Counted from the first letter of the stretch, positions 38,752-49,894 are shown. The stretch is DNA of 64,000 nt from Alphaproteobacteria bacterium (GCA_965216755.1 CBDCGL010000011.1:2048001-2112000), one strand, 5' to 3'. The notes: generated from the letters alone by a model not told the origin. Translations and numbers: made by a program.

Positions 38752-39954
38752 CTATGCAACTGACAAGTCCGCCGGATGACCAAATAAATAGGCACCTACG
38801 GATTGGAAGTTTGACTTCCGGCCTTGAACTTGTTGAGCCACTGTGTGGATATCACGAAAGCGCCGCTCAAACGGGCTGCTCGCGAAAATGGCCGTAGCGC
38901 CCGCATAGCCGTAGACAAGATCCGCGACTGCGGTCGATTCTTGAATAGCGAAGGTCGCCGCCAAGCGGATCCGCATGCGTTGATCCACGGTCAACTGGCC
39001 CGTCGCTATCACCTGTTCCCAGATATCGGCCACTTCTGTAAGAACGAACGCGCGTGCGGCACCCAGCCGCGCCTTGGCGATCGCGATATCCGCTTGAATG
39101 GCGCCGTCGTCGCGCACCGGAATACGTGCCAGCCGTGGCGCCTTGGTGCGCGCCAACGGCATGAAAACGTCGAGAATGGCGCCCGCAATGCCAATCGCGG
39201 TCGCGCTGAAGCCGGTCGCGTACAAATTGGTGGTCGGAAATCGATAAAGCGGCGCATCGATCAAACATTGGTCCAGAGCGTCGCGCATGAAGCCATACTT
39301 GTCATCGACAAAAAGATCGGTGACCGCATAGTTGTCGCTGCCCGTGCCGCGCAGGCCGATCACATCCCAAACGTCGGTCATCTCGGCTTGACCCGCGGGG
39401 AACAGAAATACGCGCGTCGCGGGGCGGCCATCCGGCAGCTCGATGGGCGTTCCGTTCGCGTCCACAATTGGCGCGAAGCCGCCAAACCACGTCGCGTGCC
39501 GGCCGCCACTGGCAAACATCCAGGTGCCGCTGAGACGGACGCCGCCCCGGTCGCGAACGGCCTGAGCCTTGGCCATCGGCCCCCAAGCCAGCGCGGCGGC
39601 TGGATCGCGGCCCCAAATCTCTTCAGCCACAGCAGGCGCCACATAGGCCGCCGCCATGGCACAGCCGTTCGCCTGACACAGACACCATGCGGTGCTGGCA
39701 TCAAGTTTGGCGACAGCCTCGATGGTCTGAAAGAACGTCGCCGGCTCGACCGCCTCGCCGCCATACTGGCGCGGTAGCAACAATCGAAACAGCGCCCCAT
39801 CGTGGAGTGCCGTCATCAAATCGTCCGGCAGTCGTCTCTCTTGCTCGGCGCGCGCGGCGGCCGCGGAGATGATATCGGCGATGGCATGCACCCGGCCGAG
39901 ATATTCGGCGGCTTGTTCCCGCAAGCTCGTCATATCCACCGGTGCTGAACCCAT
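38752..39954 (-). CDS. acyl-CoA dehydrogenase-fold flavin monooxygenase (HsaA-like)
   Basis: [34 protein letters not shown]. Confidence 0.85.
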   Translation of the reverse strand: MGSAPVDMTSLREQAAEYLGRVHAIADIISAAAARAEQERRLPDDLMTALHDGALFRLLLPRQYGGEAVEPATFFQTIEAVAKLDASTAWCLCQANGCAMAAAYVAPAVAEEIWGRDPAAALAWGPMAKAQAVRDRGGVRLSGTWMFASGGRHATWFGGFAPIVDANGTPIELPDGRPATRVFLFPAGQAEMTDVWDVIGLRGTGSDNYAVTDLFVDDKYGFMRDALDQCLIDAPLYRFPTTNLYATGFSATAIGIAGAILDVFMPLARTKAPRLARIPVRDDGAIQADIAIAKARLGAARAFVLTEVADIWEQVIATGQLTVDQRMRIRLAATFAIQESTAVADLVYGYAGATAIFASSPFERRFRDIHTVAQQVQGRKSNFQSVGAYLFGHPADLSVA

Positions 39955-40134
39955 GCCGCCGCTCCGCCTTTCGGGCAATTGAATGCCATTGTGGCGCCCC
40001 GATCAAGCGAACCTATTGGCGTGCGCGGGGGCTTGTGCGACGTGTTTTGGGCGAAGCGCCGAACGCTGTCGCGTTTTGGCTTGGTTTGGTACGCCATTTT
40101 ATTCGAAAATGAAGGGAAATCGAGAGGCGGAACG

Positions 40135-40926
40135 ATGTGTGAACTTCTCGGCATGAACGCCAATGTACCCACGGACATTCAGTTCAGTTTTGCCGGTTTG
40201 ATGCAGCGCGGCGGCCGTACCGGGGCGCATAGCGACGGCTGGGGCATCGCCTTTTATGAAGGGCGCGGCTGCCGCGCATTTCATGATCCCAAAGCCAGCG
40301 CGGAGTCGGAGATCGCCAAGTTGATCCGGAATTACCAGATCAAGAGCTGTGTCGTCATCAGTCACATTCGCAAAGCCACCCACGGCCGCGTCTGCCTGGA
40401 AAACACCCACCCCTTTCGGCGCGAGCTTTGGGGGCGCAATTGGACGTTCGCTCACAATGGCCGCCTGAATGGCGTCAAGCGTTGGCCGCTCAACTTCTAT
40501 CAGCCGATCGGCACCACCGACAGCGAATATGCATTCTGTTGGATCCTCGATCAGCTGCGCAACAAATTTCCACGACCGCCGTGCCAAGCCAAGACGCTCT
40601 GGCGCGCTATCGGCGATCTGGTCGAACATGTTGGCCATGCTGGGGTCTTCAACATGCTGCTGAGTGATTCCCGATCGCTTTACACATTTTGCGCGACCCA
40701 TCTGGCTTGGATCACCCGTCGCGCGCCGTTCGGTGAAGCGCGCCTGATCGACGACGATGTGGCGGTCGATTTTGCCGAGCTGACCACGCCCAAGGACATC
40801 GTCACCGTCATTGCGACTCATCCCCTAACCGACAATGAGACCTGGAACATCATGGACAAAGGGAGTTTCCTGGTGTTCCACAATGGGCTACCCGAAAGGT
40901 CGCTGTCGCAGCGCGCCGCGGCCTAG
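40135..40926 (+). CDS. yafJ: class II glutamine amidotransferase, YafJ-like
   Basis: N-terminal MCELLGM, DGWG, SHIRKAT, NTHPF, FAHNG, GTTDSE; start corrected to ATG 40135. Confidence 0.88.
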   Translation: MCELLGMNANVPTDIQFSFAGLMQRGGRTGAHSDGWGIAFYEGRGCRAFHDPKASAESEIAKLIRNYQIKSCVVISHIRKATHGRVCLENTHPFRRELWGRNWTFAHNGRLNGVKRWPLNFYQPIGTTDSEYAFCWILDQLRNKFPRPPCQAKTLWRAIGDLVEHVGHAGVFNMLLSDSRSLYTFCATHLAWITRRAPFGEARLIDDDVAVDFAELTTPKDIVTVIATHPLTDNETWNIMDKGSFLVFHNGLPERSLSQRAAA

Positions 40927-40934
40927 CGTGCTGG

Positions 40935-42110
40935 TTAAAGGGGCATGGCATATCGGTCGACGAAGGTTTGATCGACGGTAACGCCGAGCCCGGGGCGATC
41001 CGGGATTTCAAGCATGCCGTCGCGTACCAAAAAATCTTCCTGCGCCAGCTCGTGCAACATCGGATTGGCACCCACCGAATATTCCAGTATGTAGCCGGAT
41101 GACGCCGCCGCCGCGACATGTAGGCCCGCGGCAAATGTCAATGCTCCGCCCCACATATGCGGCACGAAACGCGCTTGGTGCGCACTCGCCAAAGCTTCTA
41201 TTCGCATGAGCTCCGTGATACCGCCGGCAATCGAGGAATCCGGTTGCAGGACATCGGCGGCGCGCAAAACAAGTAGATCGCGGAAGGCAAACCGCGTGAA
41301 TTCGCTCTCTCCGGTTGCAATCGGAATATCAGTCGTCGCACGGACCTCGGCCAGCCCCGGTTTGTCGTCCGCGGTAACCGGTTCCTCGAGCCAGCCTATG
41401 TGACAATCAGATACCGCGGCACAAAATCTCTTGGCTTCGGGGACCGTCCAGGTGCCGTGCGCATCGCACAAGATGTCGATATCGGGGCCCAGCCCCGCAC
41501 GCGCAGCACGTACACGGGCGATCGAGTGTGCCAGGGTGCCGTCGCCGGAACCGACCCGCATCTTGACCGTGCGGAAATCGCCGCGTTCGATAAAGCCGCG
41601 CAACTCTTCGACAATGCCCGCCGTCGGCGCCCATCCCCCTGAGGCATATGCCGGCATTTTTCGATGTCGGCGGCCGCCCAACAATTGCCATACAGGGACC
41701 TCCAACGACTTGCCGAGAATGTCCCACAACGCCATATCGATGCCGCTTATGGCCGAAATCGTGTGGCCGCGCCGCCCCAGCACCGGAAATACGTGCCCCC
41801 GCTCAATGGCGTAAGCCGCGCGCGATCCGTTATACATAACATCCCAAAGGCGCGAGATGTCACGCGCGTCCTCACCGATCAACTGAGGCGCAAGCTCTTG
41901 CTCGATCAGGGCGCAGAGCGCCGCACAAGCACCGGTGCTACCGACGGCCGCCTTGGCCTCGCCGTGACCAACAACACCATCTTCAGTTTCAACGCGTACC
42001 AGCGTTGAATCGAACGCCGCCACGCGACCAAAATCGCTGCGATGCTGGCGCGCCTTATCGATCGGCACATGAAGCCAACGCGCTGTTATTGCCCTAATTT
42101 TCACGGCCAT
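40935..42110 (-). CDS. mandelate racemase/muconate lactonizing enzyme family protein
   Basis: SGIDMALWD, YASGGW, KMR, DAH, WLEEP, ATGE, QPD, PH. Confidence 0.9.
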   Translation of the reverse strand: MAVKIRAITARWLHVPIDKARQHRSDFGRVAAFDSTLVRVETEDGVVGHGEAKAAVGSTGACAALCALIEQELAPQLIGEDARDISRLWDVMYNGSRAAYAIERGHVFPVLGRRGHTISAISGIDMALWDILGKSLEVPVWQLLGGRRHRKMPAYASGGWAPTAGIVEELRGFIERGDFRTVKMRVGSGDGTLAHSIARVRAARAGLGPDIDILCDAHGTWTVPEAKRFCAAVSDCHIGWLEEPVTADDKPGLAEVRATTDIPIATGESEFTRFAFRDLLVLRAADVLQPDSSIAGGITELMRIEALASAHQARFVPHMWGGALTFAAGLHVAAAASSGYILEYSVGANPMLHELAQEDFLVRDGMLEIPDRPGLGVTVDQTFVDRYAMPL

Positions 42111-42220
42111 GCCCTTTGTCATTGCCACCTGAGCACCATTCGCTGTGCACCAAGGTTTGCGCGGCGTATAAGTTACAAGCTGCCGCGCGCGGACGCCAAT
42201 TCACGTACGAGGAGGACGAT

Positions 42221-42538
42221 ATGGCGCTCTACGAACTTCGCACCTACACGTTTTATGTGGGCAAGCTTCCCGAGGCCATTGCCCTGTACGAACATGAAGG
42301 CTGGCCAGCACTGCAAAAATACCAAGACAAACTGGTCGGATATTTTACTGGCGATATCGGCGGCATGAACCAGCTGATCCATCTGTGGAAGTTCGAGGAC
42401 GACGCGGATCGCCGTAAGTTCTGGGCAATGCTATTCGCCGACGCGGACTTTATGGCCTTTGGCAAGAAGTTGCGCCCGCTGATCTTGAACCAAGAGAACA
42501 AGTTGCTCATGGCCTCGCCCTGGGGACCGCATCCGTAA
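42221..42538 (+). CDS. NIPSNAP family protein
   Basis: YELRTY, GYFTGDIGGMNQLIHLW; GGAGG RBS. Confidence 0.9.
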   Translation: MALYELRTYTFYVGKLPEAIALYEHEGWPALQKYQDKLVGYFTGDIGGMNQLIHLWKFEDDADRRKFWAMLFADADFMAFGKKLRPLILNQENKLLMASPWGPHP

Positions 42539-42554
42539 AGACGCCAAAGCCTGG

Positions 42555-43727
42555 TTATCGGCCCACCAACATCGGCCCATACCGAACGAGGAACAGCGCA
42601 AATGCGATTGTCCACGCAGCGGCCGAGGTCAGCACAAGATCTTGGTACATTTCGACCGATAAGCCTGAAATCAAACGCAACATCGCACTCACGCTGATCA
42701 ACAGATAAATGACAATTGTCAGCCGATCGGCGGTCAGCGCGCGGCCGGTATGGCCCAGGGTCGCGCGGGTCATAACAGCCACAGTCATCGTACCGATACC
42801 ACCAACGGTCAAGGCGTGGATCGCCATGGCTTGCGTCAGCCCGTCAATCCAATGGCTCAGGCCGATCAGAATGAGGCCGACAGCGAGCCACGCGTAGCCC
42901 ACATGGAGCACCCAAACAAGGGCTTCCGATCCTGTTTGATCGCCCGCCCACCGGCCGACACGGAGCAGATGCAAAATGCCGGCGGTCACCATTCCGATGG
43001 CCGCAATGCGTGAGTCCGGACTGATCACCCACGCCGCCAACGCGGCGGCACCGATCAAAAGCGCGATTCGATCGAACATGCCGAACGGGCGCGGCAAACG
43101 CCTGGCGCTTTGCTTAACCAACCAATTGCGGGTAAAACTCGGCACAATGCGCCCGCCAATAAGCATGATCAGGCCCACCACGACTCCGATTCCAAAACGG
43201 ATGCCATACACACCCATAGGCAGGTGACCATTTGCTTCCAAATGCGACACGGCATTGGCCACAAGCAGACCAACAACCAGAACCAGGACAACCGCGTTAC
43301 GCCAGTTTTTGCCGGCAAGGATTTCGACCCCGATAACAAAGCCAAGACATGCGAGAAAAGCCACATCGACCAACGCCGTCATCCACGGTTCGATCAAGCC
43401 TTGTGCAACCACCGCCGCCCGTCCCGCAAGCCACAACACGGCCAGGCCGGCAAGTGGCCAGCCGCGAACCGGTAGCCGACCTGTCCAATTCGGAATCGCG
43501 GTCAATAAAAATCCGGATATGGTGGCCATTGCGTAGCCAAACACCATCTCGTGCATATGCCAAAAGCGGAAGTCCATCGCTGCCGTGCTGCCATTGAAGG
43601 CCAGCGCCATGGCAAATGGCACCGCGAACACGGCCCAGAATCCGGCTAACAAAAAAAATGGTCGCAGCCCGACTCGCAATAGCGCCGGAAGTTGTCGGGA
43701 GCGCACCTTGGATCTTTTGGGCGTCAT
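42555..43727 (-). CDS. nnrS: NnrS family membrane protein
   Basis: GLRPFFL, WHMHEMVFG, GFLLTAIPNWTG, GGRIVPSFT, HALTVG, RATLGHTGR. Confidence 0.93.
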   Translation of the reverse strand: MTPKRSKVRSRQLPALLRVGLRPFFLLAGFWAVFAVPFAMALAFNGSTAAMDFRFWHMHEMVFGYAMATISGFLLTAIPNWTGRLPVRGWPLAGLAVLWLAGRAAVVAQGLIEPWMTALVDVAFLACLGFVIGVEILAGKNWRNAVVLVLVVGLLVANAVSHLEANGHLPMGVYGIRFGIGVVVGLIMLIGGRIVPSFTRNWLVKQSARRLPRPFGMFDRIALLIGAAALAAWVISPDSRIAAIGMVTAGILHLLRVGRWAGDQTGSEALVWVLHVGYAWLAVGLILIGLSHWIDGLTQAMAIHALTVGGIGTMTVAVMTRATLGHTGRALTADRLTIVIYLLISVSAMLRLISGLSVEMYQDLVLTSAAAWTIAFALFLVRYGPMLVGR

Positions 43728-43790
43728 GCGTGCGGATCCGCGCTGGTTCGGCCTATCGCCTCAAATTGGACCAGGTGAACGCTCGTGTGT

Positions 43791-43804
43791 TTGACCGCCG
43801 TCAG
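43791..43804. promoter_or_regulatory. Crp/Fnr-family (FixK/DNR/NnrR-type) box upstream of nnrS
   Basis: TTGAC-CGCC-GTCAG, close to TTGAY-N4-RTCAA, centred about 70 bp upstream of the nnrS ATG. Confidence 0.5.
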
Positions 43805-43981
43805 GTCGACAACATGCCCAGAGCTTGCGTGTGCGACACCGCATTGACACAATAACATTGTGAAAACGTGTGCAAATTCCGTGTCGTTCCCAACTGATCG
43901 GGATTTGGCGTATGGCTGACCAAATACAAAAAGATGACTCCGGTCCGAATGTTGCGGCGGAGCGAACAGGGGGAAGACGAG

Positions 43982-45781
43982 ATGCTGCGAAATACGATCG
44001 CTTGGTTATTGATCATCGGCCTGAGTTGGTCGACCGCGCTCGCGCAGACTGAACCGGCGGACTCCGCCATCAAGGGTGCGCTCTATGACATTGAACGCGC
44101 GGAACAGCAGCTGCCAACCCTGACACCATCACGCGCGGCCAACATCAAACGCGTGCAACGCTCCCTGTCGATGGCCCAGGAACGGCTCGACAGCTCGGCC
44201 AACAAAGATCACCCATCCTGGGCCGAGGCAAACGCGCGATTGGCTGTCTTGAACGCGGCGCTAGCCGCGTTGGCCGGGGGCGGCGAGCCGGCGGCAACGC
44301 CGCCGCCAACCCAAGCCGCTCCCGCGACGCCGGCCGAGACCGCCCCAACTGCGAGCACGCCAACGCCGGAAACCGCACCGCCAGTCGCCCAAGCCGATCC
44401 AAATGTCGACCGCGCAGGACGCGAGCTCGACATGATCAAACGCCAAATCGAGAGTTCTCGGCCTGGCGATTTGAGCCTCGGCAGCCGATTCTTGGGCGAT
44501 TTGGCGCGCATTCGGCAGCAGTTGGATGCGGTCGCGGACAAGTCGCACGCCACCTTTGGCGAAGTTGAAGCGGCCCACGCAGCGACCAAGAAACTGGTCG
44601 TCGACAACGTGCTCGTTGGCATACGGCACAATTATCAACTCATCGTCGACCACATTAACAACATGCAACCGTTACAATATCTGGTGAAGGCTGACGTCGA
44701 TCAGGTCGGATCAAACATTGTCACGGTGTACAACCAGCTCACCGCGCTCGACAGTCCCGATCATCCGGATGTCGCGGCGCTGATGGGCGGCATTCAGCAA
44801 GTCGCGCAAGAGCTCGAGCGCCGTGTCGCCGATGCCAAAGCTGAACACGCCAAGCTCGGCGATGTCGACGCCCAAGTTGCGGCCATCCAGGACCGTGCCT
44901 TCAGCATTAAAGTCCCGGAGGCACTGCTTGACCCGGTGACAAGTGAGCAGGTCGCCACCTACGCTAACGGCGTCACCGCGCTGCGCGCGCATATGGAACA
45001 AGACCTAGCCTGGCTCAAGTCGATCGACGGCAGAACACCGATGGATGTTGATCAATCCAACCTATATCGCCGGCTGGTCAGCATGTTGGAGTTTGAGAAA
45101 CCGTCGGATCTCGACATTTCTCTGTCCAACACAATCTATGCGGTTGATATCGGCCCCAGCACCGCCATCACCTATCTCGACTTCGTCAATGAGACCGACC
45201 CCGGCGATGTCAACCACCGGGCCAATCGTTTGCTCGGCGAGGGCCGGTTCGAAGAGATGATGGACAGGCTGAACAAAGGCATCGAATCCGTCAAGACCGC
45301 TCAAGCATTCGACCAAGCCATGGCCCGCACAGATGCCCCGGACCGTGGTGAACAACTCGCCCTGCTTGAAGCAGGTGTTGAAACGGCGAAGGCGAAACGG
45401 GCCGAGGCTTTGGGCAGCATGAGTATGCCAGAGGCCAAATCGGACGATCCGGATTTGTTGGCGGCCGCAGCAGAGGTGCTTGCTCGGCCGGACTACAGCT
45501 ACGAATATGAACGATTGGTCATCAGCTATGGCCCGCATCACCGGTCACGCAGCGAAGGCACAATCGACCCCGGCACGGTGACCACCACGATCTCCGTTTA
45601 TGACTATGAGTGGGACGAATTCCAAGCCACGACGGCCGAGAAAGTGGGCGATAAGTTCTTCTTGTTTGTTAACGAGTTTCGCTTTTACAACTCCGGCGGT
45701 AATACGACACCACTCGACAGATGGATTCTCACGGATCGTTTCCAGACCAGCGAGATTCCAGAGGAGAATATCAACAACTAG
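43982..45781 (+). CDS. large secreted hypothetical protein with internal helical repeats
   Basis: Signal peptide MLRNTIAWLLIIGLSWSTALA, Pro/Ala/Thr linker, repeated ~63-aa helical units, beta-rich C-terminus. Confidence 0.8.
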   Translation: MLRNTIAWLLIIGLSWSTALAQTEPADSAIKGALYDIERAEQQLPTLTPSRAANIKRVQRSLSMAQERLDSSANKDHPSWAEANARLAVLNAALAALAGGGEPAATPPPTQAAPATPAETAPTASTPTPETAPPVAQADPNVDRAGRELDMIKRQIESSRPGDLSLGSRFLGDLARIRQQLDAVADKSHATFGEVEAAHAATKKLVVDNVLVGIRHNYQLIVDHINNMQPLQYLVKADVDQVGSNIVTVYNQLTALDSPDHPDVAALMGGIQQVAQELERRVADAKAEHAKLGDVDAQVAAIQDRAFSIKVPEALLDPVTSEQVATYANGVTALRAHMEQDLAWLKSIDGRTPMDVDQSNLYRRLVSMLEFEKPSDLDISLSNTIYAVDIGPSTAITYLDFVNETDPGDVNHRANRLLGEGRFEEMMDRLNKGIESVKTAQAFDQAMARTDAPDRGEQLALLEAGVETAKAKRAEALGSMSMPEAKSDDPDLLAAAAEVLARPDYSYEYERLVISYGPHHRSRSEGTIDPGTVTTTISVYDYEWDEFQATTAEKVGDKFFLFVNEFRFYNSGGNTTPLDRWILTDRFQTSEIPEENINN

Positions 45782-45802
45782 CGCACAACGAAGGAGCATT
45801 TG

Positions 45803-46945
45803 ATGCAATGGGCTGTGGCGCGGTGTCTATCGGTAATCGGTGCGGCAATTGCCTTGGCAATCGTCATGGGCGGGCCAACACAAAGTGAGACCGAGATAAG
45901 AATCAGCTCCTGGGTGTCGCCCAAGCATCCGGCCAACTATGGCGGTTACCGGCCATTCATGGAAGCGATCCAGGCCGCCGCTGACGACAGCATTTCGTTT
46001 CGCCTGTTCGAAGGAGGCGCATTACTAGGCGCCAAGACAACGCTATCGGGCGTGCGCGACGGAATCGCGGACGTTGGCCTGCTCGCGCTAACCTATCACC
46101 CGGCGGAATTCCCACATGCCCAACTGCTCGCCGACCTCGCCATGTTTGGGGTCGATCCACCGGCGACGGCCGCGGCGATCACCGAGCTCAATCTGCTGCA
46201 CTGCCCACCATGTTTGCAGGAATTTGCCGCCCAGAACCTCGTCTATGGCGGCACATATTCAAGCGCGCCCTATGTGATTATCGGCACCAAGACGATCGCC
46301 AGTTTGGCCGATCTCAAGGGCGCCCGCGTGCGCACGCCGGGTCGTGTCTGGGATCGTTGGGCAACCCAGCTGGGGGCAGTGCCGGTGAGCCTGCCATCGA
46401 CCGACATGTTTGAAGGCCTGGAAAGAGGCATCGTCGATGTTGTCCTGCAACCCCCGGCTGCGCTCCGATCCTACGGCCTGCGCGACGTCGCAAGCCACGT
46501 CACTTTACTTGATCTCGGCACCTATCACGTGGTGACTTTGTTCAGCTTCAATCGCGACACATGGGGCGACCTGAACGATGATCAACGCCAACTTCTTTTG
46601 GATCATGCCGCACTTGGCGTGATCGGCGTATCGGCCGCCTATACGGCACTCGATGCCGAGGTCATCGCGGAATCGGCCGAGGATGGCATCACTTTCGCGG
46701 ATCCGAGCGAAGAGCTTCGCGCTGATCGCGCGACGTTCGCGGCCGCGGATTTGGCCGTCGTCGCCGACACGGCACGCGCCGACTACGGCATTGCCGAACC
46801 GGAGCCGATAATTGATCTGTTTCGAAAGTTAACAGAGAAATGGCGTGACCGCTTCGCGTCCATGCAAGACGACCCGTCGGCCATGGCCGCGGCGTTAAAG
46901 GCTGAGGTCTTCGACCAACTCGATGCCTCGAACTATGGCATGTAG
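45803..46945 (+). CDS. dctP: TRAP transporter substrate-binding protein
   Basis: Signal peptide, GGALLG, GVRDGIADVG, LADLKGARVRTPG, FEGLERGIVD. Confidence 0.9.
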   Translation: MQWAVARCLSVIGAAIALAIVMGGPTQSETEIRISSWVSPKHPANYGGYRPFMEAIQAAADDSISFRLFEGGALLGAKTTLSGVRDGIADVGLLALTYHPAEFPHAQLLADLAMFGVDPPATAAAITELNLLHCPPCLQEFAAQNLVYGGTYSSAPYVIIGTKTIASLADLKGARVRTPGRVWDRWATQLGAVPVSLPSTDMFEGLERGIVDVVLQPPAALRSYGLRDVASHVTLLDLGTYHVVTLFSFNRDTWGDLNDDQRQLLLDHAALGVIGVSAAYTALDAEVIAESAEDGITFADPSEELRADRATFAAADLAVVADTARADYGIAEPEPIIDLFRKLTEKWRDRFASMQDDPSAMAAALKAEVFDQLDASNYGM

Positions 46946-46950
46946 TCGGA

Positions 46951-48255
46951 CTACCGGAGCAGGCCGGGTAGCCACAGCGCCAAAACCGGGAATGCGATAA
47001 GCAGGCCGACGGTGACGAGATCCGCGCCGACAAACCACGCGATGCCCCGGAATATGGTCGTCGTCGGAATATCTGGCGTGGCCCCCTTCACGACAAAAAC
47101 GTTGAGCCCGACCGGTGGTGTAATCAGCCCGATCTCAAGATACTTGGTCAACAAGATGCCCAGCCAGATCAAATTGATGTCAGCCGCCTCAGCGACCGGC
47201 AGGATAATCGGCAGAGTCAGCAGCATGATCCCGATTGGATCGAGAAACATGCCGAGTAGCAAATAGACGACCGAGAAACCAATCACCAGCAGCAAAGTTC
47301 CCTCCCCTTGTGCCGCAACAACCGAGGCCAAGGCCTCCGGCACCCCGGACAAGGCGAGAAAACGCGTGAGCAAGGCAGCCCCGACGGCGATGATAAAAAT
47401 CGCAGCCGTGCTGTGGACCGTTTCAGTAACCGCTTCCCGCGCCGCCGCTAAAGTCAGCTTGCCGCGTGACGCCGCGATGATGAGAGCCATCATGGCGCCG
47501 ACGGCGCCGGCTTCGGTCGGTGTGAACAAACCGCCGAACAACCCCCCGAATACGCCGATGATCATGACCAGTACAGGCCAGGTCTCGCGCAACGCGGCAA
47601 CTTTTTCGGACAGCGGCGCACCGACCAGACGCTCCGGAGCCAGCGACGGTTTCGCACGCACGCGCAGCGATATCATGCCGCCATACATCACTGCCGTCAG
47701 CACGCCCGGGATGATGCCTGCAATGAAGAGTTGGCTAATCGGGACCTCTGCAAAGATTCCATATATCAGCAAAATAATACTGGGGGGAATCAGTGAACCG
47801 ATGGTTCCAGCCGCCGCCACGGCGCCGGCCGCCAGCGCCGGATCGTAGTGGTGCGCGCGCATTTCCGGCAGCGCGATCTTTGCCATTGCTGCGGCACATG
47901 CGACCGACGACCCACTGACAGCGGAAAACAGTGCCGCACCGGCGACCGTTGTGTGAGCCAGCCCGCCGGGCACGCCGCCAAGCCAAACCCGCGCCGCGCG
48001 AAATAGCCCTTCCGTCAGGCCGGTCCGAAAGCTGACAAATCCCATCAATAAAAACATCGGGATCGAACTTAACGACCAATGGGCGACAAAATCATAGGGC
48101 ACCGAAGCCAAAAGCCCCCACGCCGCGCGACCGCCAACCAATAGCCAGATCCCAACAAACGCCACAGCGCCCAGCGCCGCCCCGACCGGCACGCGCAACA
48201 GCAGCAGGATCACCAAGACGCCAAGCCCCGCGATCCCCGTCGAAAGCGCGCTCAT
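46951..48255 (-). CDS. dctM: TRAP transporter large permease
   Basis: SIPMFLLMG, SGSSVA, GTIGSLIPPS, TPTEAGAVG, ITPPVGLNVFV. Confidence 0.95.
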   Translation of the reverse strand: MSALSTGIAGLGVLVILLLLRVPVGAALGAVAFVGIWLLVGGRAAWGLLASVPYDFVAHWSLSSIPMFLLMGFVSFRTGLTEGLFRAARVWLGGVPGGLAHTTVAGAALFSAVSGSSVACAAAMAKIALPEMRAHHYDPALAAGAVAAAGTIGSLIPPSIILLIYGIFAEVPISQLFIAGIIPGVLTAVMYGGMISLRVRAKPSLAPERLVGAPLSEKVAALRETWPVLVMIIGVFGGLFGGLFTPTEAGAVGAMMALIIAASRGKLTLAAAREAVTETVHSTAAIFIIAVGAALLTRFLALSGVPEALASVVAAQGEGTLLLVIGFSVVYLLLGMFLDPIGIMLLTLPIILPVAEAADINLIWLGILLTKYLEIGLITPPVGLNVFVVKGATPDIPTTTIFRGIAWFVGADLVTVGLLIAFPVLALWLPGLLR

Positions 48256-48303
48256 AAGACACGCCTGCCGTTGCGGTTGGTCATGGTTTGACCGTCTGCC
48301 CGT

Positions 48304-48795
48304 CTACCGCGTGCCACGGGCGACGCGGCAAGTCGACAGGATGAGCGCCAAAACGAGCACGAAGCAGCCGATCGGTACAAGAAATCGTGTCGGCCATGTC
48401 ACCAGAGTCGCGGCACCCAGCGCATATTCGCCGATTTGAAATTTGGCCAGTGCCTCTTGCCCGGTGCGCCAGGTAAGCGCAGCAAAATATGCGGCGGCGA
48501 CCAACGACCCAAAACCAACCGTTATCATGGCGCCTTTGACGGATAGATTTTGGCTGAGTAATTCCACGACAATATGCTTGTCATGACATTCAACCGCCGC
48601 CAACGGCAAAAAGACGACGGCAACCATGTAATAGTATGAGACGATTTCCGTCGTCATTGGGATCGGGCGATCGAATACAAAGCGTCCGATTACATCCAAA
48701 TTGATGTGCACCAGCATGGCCACCAAGGCCACACCGCCGAGAATGCTTAAGCCATTGGCTGCATGCCGCGTCGCACCGTTCAGCCCCGACATCAT
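48304..48795 (-). CDS. dctQ: TRAP transporter small permease
   Basis: Four TM segments, DVIGRF, EIVSYYYMV, HIVVE. Confidence 0.9.
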   Translation of the reverse strand: MMSGLNGATRHAANGLSILGGVALVAMLVHINLDVIGRFVFDRPIPMTTEIVSYYYMVAVVFLPLAAVECHDKHIVVELLSQNLSVKGAMITVGFGSLVAAAYFAALTWRTGQEALAKFQIGEYALGAATLVTWPTRFLVPIGCFVLVLALILSTCRVARGTR

Positions 48796-49568
48796 GGATC
48801 GCGATCCGAATCATACGGCAAGGCCGCGGCCGCGGCCTGCCACAGCGCCCGACCGCCGGGACAGGTCTGTTCCTCGCGCAAATGGCCGACCAACCCGGCG
48901 GCACGGCTGATCACCGCGATACCACGCATGATCTCACGGGCCAGCCCAATTTCGCCCAATACCGCGGCAACGGCGCCCGTCGCATTGATCGTAATATGAC
49001 GCCGAAAGACGCGATCGACGGCCGCCGACAACGCCCGCAGCGCGGCGATGTGGCGTCCCGGCACGCCCGCCGCCTCGGCAACCGCCAGCAATTTGGGCGG
49101 CCGCGGATCGTCCGGCCGATGCAGATGATGCCCAAATCCGGGAACGGGCATTCGCGCCGTCCTGTGGCGACGCGCGATTGCCTCGGCGGTCACTGCGGCC
49201 GGCTCATGCGCACCAAGGATCTCGTCAATCAGGGCGGCGGCTTGTTCAATTGTGCCAACGAACTGGCTGCCAACGCCCAACAGGCCGGCGGCCACCGCGC
49301 CCTGCATCGCCTCCGGCGCCGACATATACGTCAGGCGTGCCGAAATCACGCTTGGTGTGATGCCATGCTCCATCAACGTGACGAGCACCGCGTCGATAAT
49401 CTTGGTTTCGCCCGCGGTCGGATGACGCCCGGTCAGATGAAAAAAGATCATCTCTGTGAACGTCATTTGGCCGATCAGATCGTCGGTCAAATTCGCCCCT
49501 CTGATGAAAATCGCATCATCGGTGTGATAGGCGATCGCCGTCCGCGCCTTCGGTTTTGTAATCATCAC
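48792..49568 (-). CDS. citryl-CoA lyase-like (short citrate synthase fold) protein
   Basis: 258 aa; EHGITPS, VPGFGHHLH, DPR, INATG, RAAGLVGHLREE. Confidence 0.85.
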   Translation of the reverse strand: MMITKPKARTAIAYHTDDAIFIRGANLTDDLIGQMTFTEMIFFHLTGRHPTAGETKIIDAVLVTLMEHGITPSVISARLTYMSAPEAMQGAVAAGLLGVGSQFVGTIEQAAALIDEILGAHEPAAVTAEAIARRHRTARMPVPGFGHHLHRPDDPRPPKLLAVAEAAGVPGRHIAALRALSAAVDRVFRRHITINATGAVAAVLGEIGLAREIMRGIAVISRAAGLVGHLREEQTCPGGRALWQAAAAALPYDSDRDP

Positions 49569-49894
49569 AGTCTCTCGTGCATGCGGGCCGACACTCGTGT
49601 TGCGGCGGCGATCACATCATCACCGCTGGTTGACCGCCAGTCGCGGCGCATCGGCCACGCGCATAAGCCCACCCGCTATCGCTGGTCAATGTCGGTTTTC
49701 CGGCGCCCATAAAAATTCGCGTACTATAGATCTGTTACACCATCGGATCCTAGGGCAACCGCATCAGGGCCGCGACCAACACACGTGTCGACCATCGCGG
49801 CATTGCCACCTTCGAAGACTAACCACACCGACTTGCCGGTCAAGCAATGCCCCGGCACAATGGCCAGATGACGAACCCGTCAGGACGGACAAAT

